This document shows positions 40,310 to 49,284 of a stretch of DNA of 64,000 nt, in pieces. Made by a program: the position numbers and the translations under genes. This stretch comes from Clostridia bacterium (GTDB lineage: Bacteria; Bacillota; Clostridia; DUPQ01). Under the pieces are notes generated by a model that worked only from the letters and a program-made list of their open reading frames with translations, ran no database searches and was not told the origin of the DNA. Positions within the stretch are counted from its first letter, which is position 1. Each line of letters begins with the position of its first letter. Location of the stretch: assembly GCA_016938455.1 (NCBI GenBank), contig JAFGUQ010000089.1:445-64444 (forward strand), given 5' to 3'.

Positions 40310-41120
40310 TCTTCATACCCACACAACTGCCAGTGACGGGAGTCTGACTCCGGAACAACTGGTGAAGAAAGCGAAACTCCTTGGTATCACTCATCTTGGT
40401 ATTACCGATCATGACAGTATCAACGGAGTAGGTGACGCTTTGAGTGCGGGTGAAAAGTATGGAGTGACCATTGTACCTGGTGTGGAGCTTGGCACAGATT
40501 ATCTGAAAACGGAGACACATATTCTTGGTTATTTCAATAAACAAAACTACATGAACATCAAACCGTATTTTGACTGGATTCTTGAAAAAAGAGATCAAAG
40601 AAACCTGCAGCTGATAGAAAACCTTCAGCATGCAGGTTTTTCTGTCAGTATTGAAGAGGTCATGAAAAAAGCAGATGGCGGCACCCCCGGGAGACCTCAT
40701 ATAGCACAGCTTCTGATAGAAAAAGGCTATGTCATGAATATTGATGATGCTTTTTCATCCATATTATTGAGAGAAGATATTTATGTTAAAAGAGAGAAAA
40801 CAACACCTAAAAGTGCTATTCAAGAAATCGTGAAAGCCGGAGGCATCCCTGTGCTTGCCCATCCTGTTTATCTTGACATGGAAAATGAATTTGAAAACGC
40901 ATTGACTCTTTTCATCTCATACGGACTGAAGGGAATTGAAGTGTATCACAGCGACCATAAGAAAGAGCATGAGGATAAATATATGTCAGCTGCCAATAAA
41001 TATCATCTCCTGATGACAGGAGGATCAGATTACCATGGCGATAATAAAGACAAGGTGATACTGGGAGGAGTAAAGGTACCGGAGCATTTAGTATTTGACT
41101 TGCTTCAGGCACTTGGCTGA
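40302..41120 (+). CDS. PHP-domain metal-dependent phosphoesterase
   Basis: HTHTTASDG PHP signature. 272 aa. Confidence 0.8.
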   Translation: MIDLHTHTTASDGSLTPEQLVKKAKLLGITHLGITDHDSINGVGDALSAGEKYGVTIVPGVELGTDYLKTETHILGYFNKQNYMNIKPYFDWILEKRDQRNLQLIENLQHAGFSVSIEEVMKKADGGTPGRPHIAQLLIEKGYVMNIDDAFSSILLREDIYVKREKTTPKSAIQEIVKAGGIPVLAHPVYLDMENEFENALTLFISYGLKGIEVYHSDHKKEHEDKYMSAANKYHLLMTGGSDYHGDNKDKVILGGVKVPEHLVFDLLQALG

Positions 41121-41130
41121 TAATATAGAT

Positions 41131-42156
41131 ATGAAAAATATATTAAGGAAATTACTCTTAAATAGAGAAGCAGTCCTTTTTGACTCTCATCTTTATATTC
41201 TTAAGGGATTCCTGGGTATCCTTACAGGGTATGTTCTTTTTGACAGCAATGCTTTCATCGGCAGAGATATGATTTCGCTGCTTTTCGGTATGATGCTGAC
41301 ACTTGAACCGGTGAATACCACTGGATTGAAGACAGGATTCAATCAGTTCAAAGCCTCTTTTGTAGGAGGTATGGTAACAGCAGTCATTGTAGGTATTTTC
41401 GGAATCAATTTCATCACAGTGGCGTTATCCATGGCACTTACCATGTATGTGTCTCTTTTGATTGACTGGAAGAGCATATTGCCTGTGGCTATTTTCACAT
41501 CCATATACATGACCCAGGTGATACAGTATACCACTGCAGGAGATCCAAGCATGCTTTTAACACTTCAGCTTCGGTTTGTATCTCTTGGAACAGGTGTCCT
41601 GATTGCAGTGGTCTACAACTACCTGTTTTCGATTCTGTTTTATAAATCAATGATACGAAAAAGAATTGTTTTTCTGTTTGAAAGAACCGCTTCAATGATG
41701 GAACGATACTGTATTCATCTGGAACAGGAGAACATAGACCAGTTAAAGCTTCTAAAGAGAGAAGATCCTCTGATTTTCGGTGATATTGACTTTGTTTACG
41801 GGCATGTGTCTGACTTAAGCAAGGAAAAAAAGAAAAGAGAGGATTTGAAAGCTTATCTTGAAATCATCCTTGAAATACGTGACCTCAATCACTATTTCCT
41901 TGATCTTGTCATGAGATCGCTGGAGGAAAAAGATAAAAGGGTCATTGGTGAAATATCAATCATCAGACAGGAAATCATTCATATGGCGGGATTGCTTGAA
42001 GCACAGCGTGATGTGGAGAAAAAAGATGTCTGCTGCTTCTTATACCATGAGGATGTGTCGAATATGGGTAACAACCTGACAAGAATATACAGCTTACTCA
42101 ACCAGCTTACATTAATGAATCACAAGAGTGACTCAGATGACCGCTTTCATGAATAA
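41131..42156 (+). CDS. Membrane protein, aromatic-acid-exporter/FUSC-like (DUF939-type)
   Basis: N-terminal multi-TM region followed by a cytoplasmic coiled-coil C-terminus. Start moved to MKNILRK. Confidence 0.45.
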   Translation: MKNILRKLLLNREAVLFDSHLYILKGFLGILTGYVLFDSNAFIGRDMISLLFGMMLTLEPVNTTGLKTGFNQFKASFVGGMVTAVIVGIFGINFITVALSMALTMYVSLLIDWKSILPVAIFTSIYMTQVIQYTTAGDPSMLLTLQLRFVSLGTGVLIAVVYNYLFSILFYKSMIRKRIVFLFERTASMMERYCIHLEQENIDQLKLLKREDPLIFGDIDFVYGHVSDLSKEKKKREDLKAYLEIILEIRDLNHYFLDLVMRSLEEKDKRVIGEISIIRQEIIHMAGLLEAQRDVEKKDVCCFLYHEDVSNMGNNLTRIYSLLNQLTLMNHKSDSDDRFHE

Positions 42157-42246
42157 AATGATTTTTTATGTCATCTCTAAAAAAAACCATAAAAAGGGTT
42201 GACATAGATACCTATATAAGGTAACATTTATAGCGCTGTATAACCG

Positions 42247-42322
42247 GGGCCATTAGCTCAGTCGGTAGAGCACATGACTTTTAATCATGGTGTCGATGGT
42301 TCGATTCCATCATGGCTCACCA
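42247..42322 (+). tRNA. tRNA-Lys (anticodon UUU)
   Basis: Cloverleaf built by hand. Acceptor GGGCCAT/ATGGCTC, D-arm GCTC/GAGC, anticodon loop CTTTTAA, T-arm GATGG-TTCGATT-CCATC, and an encoded CCA. Confidence 0.9.
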
Positions 42323-42327
42323 AAGAA

Positions 42328-42353
42328 AGAATACATAAGGTATTCTTTTTTTT
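42328..42353 (+). terminator. Terminator hairpin after tRNA-Lys
   Basis: AGAATAC-ATAAG-GTATTCT stem followed by T7. Confidence 0.65.
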
Positions 42354-42354
42354 A

Positions 42355-42363
42355 TGGTATAAT
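42355..42363 (+). promoter_or_regulatory. Extended -10 promoter element TGGTATAAT upstream of the metalloprotease gene
   Basis: Perfect TGnTATAAT located 42 nt upstream of the ORF start. Confidence 0.5.
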
Positions 42364-42404
42364 TTATTCATAGGAAAATTTTGCAGACAATGAAATAGTG
42401 GTGA

Positions 42405-44801
42405 ATGATGATAATTAAAAGCAATAGGTCATTTAGTACGACAATCAAGAACTCCATCGGGGTCAGAATAACCATCAGTCTGATTCTTATTGTAATGGGG
42501 TGTCTGTCCTTGAGCTCTGTCTCCGGTGCAGAGGAGGTAAAAGGATACTGGTACCTGGTGGACATCGAGAAAGTGGTTCCGGAAAATGAAATCACTGAAG
42601 ACAGCACAACAAAAATTGAACGGCAGTTTTTGTATTCTGAAGGATCTTTCAACACTCAGTACAGGAAAACAGTTTATGACGGGATTCATAAAGTATATAA
42701 CGATGAAATCATCAATACCACAGGCACCTGGTCTGCTCCTGCAGAAAAATTAGGACCTGATGACACCATTACATTGACTTTGACTGCTTCTATCAATGAG
42801 TTTAAAAGATTGAATACCAATATGTCAGGAGTCAGTGTCAAAGCCTATATCGGAGAAGAAGATACCCCGTTCGGAAGATTAAACAGTACAAATGGTGATT
42901 TGGTGGATGCAAACGGAGACAATCTTTGCGAAGCGACCATACGTGACGGTGAGATAAAAGTGGGTTCTTCATCTAAATCGGTCGAAGGGACATTCGGAAA
43001 AGGTTCGGCGGAAGGACAGGTCAAGGTTCTTTTTGTCTCTGTAAGATCAGACAAGCTGGGTGGAGCTAAATATACCTATACATGGATTTTAGATAAACCA
43101 GACACGACCTCATCAGAAAATGCAGACAGGTTTCCTTCGAAAGTCACCGGGACATTGTATTTTGACAGTGCAAAGAAAAGACCTGTTCCGTTTACCTCTG
43201 TCAGTGTTGTTTACCAGAATAGTAAAGAAGATACAATCGGTGAATCCGCAGCTGTGTTTACTGATCAGAACGGAAAGTTCGACATAACTCTCTCTACTAT
43301 TCCAAATCAGGCTGAAAACCTGAAACTTGCGGTTGAATACATATATGCTCCTGGTGGCATTGCCACGATTTATCATATTAATGTGAGAGAGGACAATAAG
43401 CATGTTTATGGAACTCTGTCCTTAAAAAACATCAGCAGTGATGAAAAAGAAGCTGTTTTTGACTTATGCCTTCTTGATTGCGCCGACAACTTTGATGAGG
43501 ATCTGGATGATGTGGAGCCAAAGGTTTCACATAATGCCGAAGTTTATGCGCTGCTGATTGATATGTATGACTTTTATGCTGATGAATTAGGTGTCTTAAG
43601 TTTTTATCAGCTTCCTTTCGAGGCTTACAGTTTCGGGGGGACTCTCCTGAGTACTTTCGCTGAGAAGTTTGACGCTTACTATAGTCCTGTTGACGGGGCG
43701 ATATGGTTAGACAGAATCTATTCTCCCATGACCGGATATATGTATCCCTATGCCTATTATCATGAGTTCAGCCACTACATCATGCATTGCCTGTATGGTA
43801 AGTTCCCGCTGTCAGATGCGGATGTGAATCATGGAGGATATGCCAATCCGACAACTGGCGATTCCTTTTCAGAAGGATTTGCCCACTTCATGTCCATTGT
43901 CATGCAGCAATATTTCGGAAATGAAAGTCCCGCAATTATTCCTGGCCGGGGGAATATTGAAGTGAATTACAAAGCCTGGCAGCAGAGCGGGAAAGCAGAA
44001 GAGTTTGCCATTGCAGGTGTCCTGTGGGATCTTGTGGATGATGCTTCAGACAACGGAGGTATGGATGATGACAGCATGGAACTTGATTTCATGGAATTAT
44101 GGAATCTTTTAAAACAATATCACAGTGATTTCACTTCATTTTATGAGACACTTATCAAAACATATCCGTCATTGAAACCTGCCATTGACGACATTTTCAT
44201 CAATCACGGATTCTTCACTGATGACAGAGAAGGCAGTAAGGAGTATGAATTAGGCGAGGCTTATGTGGATAATATTAAGAATAATCATAGGGATGAATCT
44301 GAAAACTATGTCGATTATTCAAACAACGACAGCTATGGTTATCCATATATGACCTATGAAAATGGAGATCAAATCGGAACTGCTGCTTACTTCTCAAATA
44401 TGAAGAGGAGAAGCCAGGAATTCTTCCCGGGTAATTTCATCAAAGTGAACGATGATTCCCTGCTCTATGCAGTCAGTGTTTCTTTCAGCGATTATCCGTT
44501 TCTTGACTATACCACAAAAACCATCAGTATTGATGGGCTTGTCTATGTGGAGGTACCGCCTCCTGAGTACCGGTGCACCATTTCAATAGTTCCAGAAGGG
44601 GGCAGAAAGAATGCTTCTTTCTCGTTTGAATCAGATGATTTCTGGAGCCAGTATATTGGGTCACTTGAAAAAGGATACTACCTTTCCCATGAATTTGATG
44701 TAAAAAAAGAAAACAGCAGCACAGTGCTGATTGTATCAGGGTTAGTGGTTGTCATGGTGATGGGAATCATAATGCTTATCATTAAAAAGAGAAAGCCGTG
44801 A
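42405..44801 (+). CDS. Secreted, C-terminally membrane-anchored zinc metalloprotease-like protein (HExxH), 798 aa
   Basis: Signal peptide. HEFSH zincin motif with a downstream SEGFAHF glutamate, suggesting a gluzincin. Acidic stretches. A C-terminal TM helix followed by KKRKP. Confidence 0.55.
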   Translation: MMIIKSNRSFSTTIKNSIGVRITISLILIVMGCLSLSSVSGAEEVKGYWYLVDIEKVVPENEITEDSTTKIERQFLYSEGSFNTQYRKTVYDGIHKVYNDEIINTTGTWSAPAEKLGPDDTITLTLTASINEFKRLNTNMSGVSVKAYIGEEDTPFGRLNSTNGDLVDANGDNLCEATIRDGEIKVGSSSKSVEGTFGKGSAEGQVKVLFVSVRSDKLGGAKYTYTWILDKPDTTSSENADRFPSKVTGTLYFDSAKKRPVPFTSVSVVYQNSKEDTIGESAAVFTDQNGKFDITLSTIPNQAENLKLAVEYIYAPGGIATIYHINVREDNKHVYGTLSLKNISSDEKEAVFDLCLLDCADNFDEDLDDVEPKVSHNAEVYALLIDMYDFYADELGVLSFYQLPFEAYSFGGTLLSTFAEKFDAYYSPVDGAIWLDRIYSPMTGYMYPYAYYHEFSHYIMHCLYGKFPLSDADVNHGGYANPTTGDSFSEGFAHFMSIVMQQYFGNESPAIIPGRGNIEVNYKAWQQSGKAEEFAIAGVLWDLVDDASDNGGMDDDSMELDFMELWNLLKQYHSDFTSFYETLIKTYPSLKPAIDDIFINHGFFTDDREGSKEYELGEAYVDNIKNNHRDESENYVDYSNNDSYGYPYMTYENGDQIGTAAYFSNMKRRSQEFFPGNFIKVNDDSLLYAVSVSFSDYPFLDYTTKTISIDGLVYVEVPPPEYRCTISIVPEGGRKNASFSFESDDFWSQYIGSLEKGYYLSHEFDVKKENSSTVLIVSGLVVVMVMGIIMLIIKKRKP

Positions 44802-44870
44802 TTTACACTTTAAAAACAGACTTCATCACTGTATAATAATAGTATAGGGTTTAAAGACGGGGGAAATAAT

Positions 44871-45821
44871 GTGGACATAAAGACTTTATTTTTAAAACAG
44901 AAAATGATGCGGAAGGTTATTTACAGCCTGATACCGGTCATTCTTTTTGCTGCCTATTCATTTGGATTAAGAGTTTTCGCACTGCTGGCTGTTGTACTGA
45001 TTTTTGGTATCGCATCTGAGTATGTCATCATGAGAGGCATCAACAAGGAAAAAGTGAAAATTTCTGAAGCGGTACTTGTCAGCTGCATCCTGTATACACT
45101 GACTCTGCCACCGACAGTGCCGTTCTGGATTGCAGCGGTAGGGATTATCTTTGGTGTGATCTTCGGAAAAGGTGTCTTCGGAGGGTTCGGCAAGAATATC
45201 TTCAATCCTGCTTTAGTGGGAAGATGCTTCATCTATATCTCTTTTCCGTCATTCATGACATTATCATGGGTGAACCCTTTCACCTCTTTCCCGGGAGGAC
45301 TTATAAGGTTTCAAGGTTCAGTTGACGCTTTGACTAATGCCACCCCGCTGATTACTCTTGGGAAAACAGGAGAATTAACCGGATATCTTGCTCTTATGCT
45401 TGGAAGAATTTCAGGTTCTCTTGGTGAAACATCTGCGCTGCTGATTGCTGCCTGCGGGATATATCTTATTGTGACCAAGACAGCATCCTGGAAAGTGATG
45501 CTTTCAACTTTCCTAAGCTTCTCATTACTGAATACAGTCCTATATTTTACAAATGTCACACAAGCGGATCCATTGTTTTCGCTACTGGCAGGTGGTTTCA
45601 TGTTTGGAATGGTCTTCATGGTCACAGATCCTATTTCTGCACCGAAAGATGACACATCAAGAATCATTTATGGAATCCTGATCGGACTGGTCACTGCAGT
45701 GATTCGTATTTTCGGTCTGTTTGCAGAGGGAATGATGTTTGCTATTCTGATCGGGAATATGTTTGTCCCTCTCATTGAGAGAAATGTAAAACAGGCAAAA
45801 AGCAAGAAGGTGACCACATGA
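44871..45821 (+). CDS. nqrB: Na+-translocating NADH:quinone oxidoreductase subunit B-like (RnfD/NqrB family), compact 316-aa form
   Basis: GGFGKNIFNPALVGR motif and a TNATPL flavinylation-type motif. GTG start with a GGGGG SD. Identified as Nqr rather than Rnf from its operon partners. Confidence 0.7.
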   Translation: MDIKTLFLKQKMMRKVIYSLIPVILFAAYSFGLRVFALLAVVLIFGIASEYVIMRGINKEKVKISEAVLVSCILYTLTLPPTVPFWIAAVGIIFGVIFGKGVFGGFGKNIFNPALVGRCFIYISFPSFMTLSWVNPFTSFPGGLIRFQGSVDALTNATPLITLGKTGELTGYLALMLGRISGSLGETSALLIAACGIYLIVTKTASWKVMLSTFLSFSLLNTVLYFTNVTQADPLFSLLAGGFMFGMVFMVTDPISAPKDDTSRIIYGILIGLVTAVIRIFGLFAEGMMFAILIGNMFVPLIERNVKQAKSKKVTT

Positions 45822-46390
45822 AAAAAGGATATCTGTATACCATCGTTTTCATGTTCATTGTTGCATTGGTTTTCACGACTGTTCTTGCCTCTGTCAATGC
45901 CATATTCAAAAGCAGAATTTTGACTAATGAGCAACTGATTGAGAAAAAAGCGGTTTTGAATGCCATGAGTATTACTTACAATGACAATGAAATAGATAAA
46001 TTGTTTGCGAATATAGAAGAAGTGAAAAAAGATAATCTGGTCTACTATGCCTTAACTGATGGCAGTAACCAGATTGAAAAATATGCCGTCTATTTCGAGG
46101 GGTCAGGCCTATGGAGTACGCTGACCGGTTATATCGGGGTGGGCGGGAATTTTAAAACCCTTCTGGGGATTGACTTCACATCGCAGAATGAAACCCCCGG
46201 TTTAGGAGGACGTATTGAAGAGGAATGGTTCAAGGTACAGTTTAAAGGAGTCAGTATCAGCGACTTACCGCTTACCTACGGAAATGGCATTGATGCCATT
46301 ACCGGTGCTACGCTGACTTCCAAATCAGTCATGAAAATAATCAACGATACCATCAATAATCAGGTTAAAGAACTGGAGGCAATGAAATGA
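45818..46390 (+). CDS. nqrC: NqrC-like FMN-binding subunit (RnfG/NqrC family)
   Basis: N-terminal TM helix and an FMN-binding domain with the TGATLTS threonine site. 190 aa. Confidence 0.7.
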   Translation: MKKGYLYTIVFMFIVALVFTTVLASVNAIFKSRILTNEQLIEKKAVLNAMSITYNDNEIDKLFANIEEVKKDNLVYYALTDGSNQIEKYAVYFEGSGLWSTLTGYIGVGGNFKTLLGIDFTSQNETPGLGGRIEEEWFKVQFKGVSISDLPLTYGNGIDAITGATLTSKSVMKIINDTINNQVKELEAMK

Positions 46391-47019
46391 AAAAAGAACT
46401 TCAGACTGTTTTCTATCGAAACCTCTGGAAAGAGAATCCTGTCATCAGGCAGATTCTTGGAATCTGTTCAGCACTGGCGGTCACCAACCTTGCTGTGAAT
46501 TCACTTGTCATGGGCCTGGGTCTCATGTTTGTCACGGCTTTATCGTCATTTACGATTTCACTTCTTAGAAATTATATACCACAGCGAATCAGGATGATTG
46601 TGCAGACACTGATCATTGCAGCCTATGTTATTGTGGTTGATATTTTCTTGAAAGCGAATCTGCCGGAAATAAGCAAGGCACTGGGACCATATGTCGGGCT
46701 GATCATCACCAACTGCATCATCATGGGAAGAGCCGAGGCTTTTGCTCAGAAGAATCCGCCAGTCCTTTCTCTTTTTGACGGGTTGTTTGCAGGACTTGGC
46801 TATACCATCATTCTGCTTGGCGTAGCATTAATCAGAGAACTTCTCGGATTCGGATCTGTTTTCGGATATTCTCTGAATATGGTCAATTTCACACCCTGGA
46901 CCATCATGGTAATGCCACCGGGAGCCTTTTTCATGATTGCCATTTTCATCTGGATCAGTTCCAATATGATGAGCAAGCGAACCGAAAAAGCGAAATTAAA
47001 GAAACAGGAGGCGAAGTAA
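46387..47019 (+). CDS. nqrD: NqrD-like subunit
   Basis: ILGICSALAVT and ITNCIIMGRAEAF align better to V. cholerae NqrD than to RnfE. Confidence 0.75.
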   Translation: MKKELQTVFYRNLWKENPVIRQILGICSALAVTNLAVNSLVMGLGLMFVTALSSFTISLLRNYIPQRIRMIVQTLIIAAYVIVVDIFLKANLPEISKALGPYVGLIITNCIIMGRAEAFAQKNPPVLSLFDGLFAGLGYTIILLGVALIRELLGFGSVFGYSLNMVNFTPWTIMVMPPGAFFMIAIFIWISSNMMSKRTEKAKLKKQEAK

Positions 47020-47020
47020 T

Positions 47021-47620
47021 ATGTTGAACAGTCCTAATATAAGCCCATTTGTCATCTTTTTTGCTTCCATCATCACAAGCAACATGATTTTGTCCAATTT
47101 CCTGGGTATGTGTTCTTTTATTTCTGTATCCAATGAATACAAGACGGCTTCAGGACTTGGGAAATCAGTGACAATGGTCATGGTGGTCACTACGATCATC
47201 AATTATGTCATCTACAAATATGTGGTTGTTCCATTATCGTTAGAATATCTCAGATACATTATTTTCATCATAGTCATCGCTGCCAGTGTGCAGATCATTG
47301 AACTGGTGATGGACAGGTATCTGCCTGATTTACATATCAAACTGGGGATTTTCTTACCTCTGATTACTGTAAACTGCGCTATCCTTGGAATCAGTCTGTT
47401 TATGGTCATCAGAAATTATGATTTCTGGCAGACACTTCTATTTGGATTTGGCAGCGGGCTTGGCTGGTGGTTAGCCATCGCCACTTTAGCAGCCATCAAA
47501 GAAAAAGTGGCAAAAAACAATATTCCCAAAGGACTGGAAGGTCCTGGGTTAACCTTTATCATTACAGGGCTCATGGCACTTGCATTCATAGGGTTTTCCG
47601 GAATATTCGTCATTCAATAA
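47021..47620 (+). CDS. nqrE: NqrE-like subunit
   Basis: FLGMCSFISVS, LGIFLPLITVNCAILG and GFGSGLGW are near-identical to NqrE signatures. RnfA has GFSAAVGF at the last position. Confidence 0.8.
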   Translation: MLNSPNISPFVIFFASIITSNMILSNFLGMCSFISVSNEYKTASGLGKSVTMVMVVTTIINYVIYKYVVVPLSLEYLRYIIFIIVIAASVQIIELVMDRYLPDLHIKLGIFLPLITVNCAILGISLFMVIRNYDFWQTLLFGFGSGLGWWLAIATLAAIKEKVAKNNIPKGLEGPGLTFIITGLMALAFIGFSGIFVIQ

Positions 47621-47630
47621 AGGACAGGGT

Positions 47631-48728
47631 ATGGAAGTATTAATTACAGTATTAAGCGTTACGGCAATTGCCACCTTGCTTGCTACATTGATTGTCATCG
47701 CAGATAAGTTTCTGAACAATTACGGGAAATGTACCATTGACATCAATGAAGGAAATAAAAAACTGGAGGTAGAGGGAGGTCAATCTCTTCTGTCTTCACT
47801 TGCTGCCAATAAGATATTCATTCCTTCCGCCTGTGGTGGAAAAGCTACCTGCGGACTTTGCAAAGTGAAAGTGATTGAAGGGGCAGGACCGCTTCTGCCG
47901 ACAGAGGAACCATATCTTTCCGATCAGGAAAGAAATGATGGTGTTCGCTTATCCTGCCAGGTAAAAATAAAGAAAAACATCAACATACAGATTCCCGAAG
48001 AATACTTCAATATCAAGCAGTTTTCTGCCAGTGTGGTCAGTATCACTGATATGACCCATGATATTAAAGAATTCCGCTTTAAAATGGATGATCCGGATAC
48101 CATTGACTTCAAAGCGGGTCAGTATATGCAGATTGAAACCAAGCCATATGCCAAGATCAAGGAAAAAGCCATCAGAGCCTATTCCATATCCTCTTTACCA
48201 TCGGATAACGGATTCATTGACCTGATTGTCCGTAAAGTCCCTGGTGGAATCTGCACCACCTATATGCATGATTATCTGAAAGTGGGTGATCAGGTGTCCA
48301 TGACAGGACCTCAAGGTGAGTTTTACAGACGAGATGACAGTGACAGTTATGTGTTTATGGCCGGAGGATCTGGCCTTGCTCCGATTAAATCCATTATCAT
48401 GGATATCATTGAAAAAGGATTGGACAGGGAAATGTTCTTTTTCTTCGGAGCAGTGACAAAAAGTGATTTATATTATGTGGATATATTTAAAGAACTTGAA
48501 AAAAAATATCCGAAATTCAAATACATTCCTGCACTATCAAAACCTCTTCCCGAAGATCACTGGGAAGGGGAAACAGGTCTTGTCACTGATGTCATGCTGA
48601 AATATGTGAAATCAGGAGAAGGAAAACATGCTTACTTATGTGGAAGCCCAGGAATGATCGGCGCTTGTATCAAAGCACTGACAGGGGTTAATTTTCAGGT
48701 AGAGAAAATCTATTATGATAAGTTTTAG
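47631..48728 (+). CDS. nqrF: NqrF-like subunit (TM anchor, 2Fe-2S ferredoxin domain, FAD/NADH-binding reductase domain)
   Basis: N-terminal TM helix. SACGGKATCGLCKV plant-type ferredoxin cysteines. RAYSISS FAD motif. GGSGLAPIKS NAD motif. C-terminal CGSPGM. Confidence 0.8.
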   Translation: MEVLITVLSVTAIATLLATLIVIADKFLNNYGKCTIDINEGNKKLEVEGGQSLLSSLAANKIFIPSACGGKATCGLCKVKVIEGAGPLLPTEEPYLSDQERNDGVRLSCQVKIKKNINIQIPEEYFNIKQFSASVVSITDMTHDIKEFRFKMDDPDTIDFKAGQYMQIETKPYAKIKEKAIRAYSISSLPSDNGFIDLIVRKVPGGICTTYMHDYLKVGDQVSMTGPQGEFYRRDDSDSYVFMAGGSGLAPIKSIIMDIIEKGLDREMFFFFGAVTKSDLYYVDIFKELEKKYPKFKYIPALSKPLPEDHWEGETGLVTDVMLKYVKSGEGKHAYLCGSPGMIGACIKALTGVNFQVEKIYYDKF

Positions 48729-48737
48729 GAGGACATT

Positions 48738-49193
48738 ATGAAACAAAATCCAAAACTTCAGACCATACAGGAGAATATGGCTCCGGGTGCATATACTGCT
48801 CATGGTTTTTTAGGAGATGACACAAGAAATCTTCTTGATATATTAAAACAGGACCAGTTTGACATCAATAAGCTTGGAACAACGCACGAAGAAGTGGCAA
48901 GAAGAATGAGATACTTTACCGAGATCGGTATAACAAGTCCTGATGTCCCGATTGTTGTTGATGACATTTATGAAGTGACTGTGGATGATCACAGAGGTTA
49001 TATCCCATGTCCTTTTGCTGACAATGTGAAGGAAATCAAAAGAAACACAAAATTAACTAATCTTACGCTTGGAAAAACCATTTACTGGTCGGATCTTACT
49101 ATTCACATGATTGAAAAACACGGGTTTTACGAAGGAAAAGGCTCCTTCTTCAGGAATGATCCGGATACACTTTACATGCTGCTCGGTTTATAA
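48738..49193 (+). CDS. Hypothetical 151-aa protein, apparently co-transcribed 9 nt after nqrF
   Basis: Intact ORF with tight spacing. No recognisable motif. Confidence 0.4.
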   Translation: MKQNPKLQTIQENMAPGAYTAHGFLGDDTRNLLDILKQDQFDINKLGTTHEEVARRMRYFTEIGITSPDVPIVVDDIYEVTVDDHRGYIPCPFADNVKEIKRNTKLTNLTLGKTIYWSDLTIHMIEKHGFYEGKGSFFRNDPDTLYMLLGL

Positions 49194-49284
49194 CACAAAA
49201 GTTTATTTTAATTTTCCAAAAGAATAGACATGCCAAAGTAATAATGGTAAAATGCAACCTATACTGAAGAATGCAGGTTTGAAA

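Noticed and set aside
42247-44801. Integrated mobile element at tRNA-Lys
   Set aside because: No integrase, recombinase, direct-repeat attachment sites or phage or conjugation genes were found. Only a single protease gene follows the tRNA.
44871-48728. Reading the five-gene cluster as a partial Rnf complex (RnfD/G/E/A)
   Set aside because: The D- and E-like subunits carry NqrD/NqrE-specific signatures, and the fifth gene is a full NqrF (TM anchor, 2Fe-2S ferredoxin, FNR-like domain). No RnfC or RnfB is present, so an Nqr-type assignment fits better.
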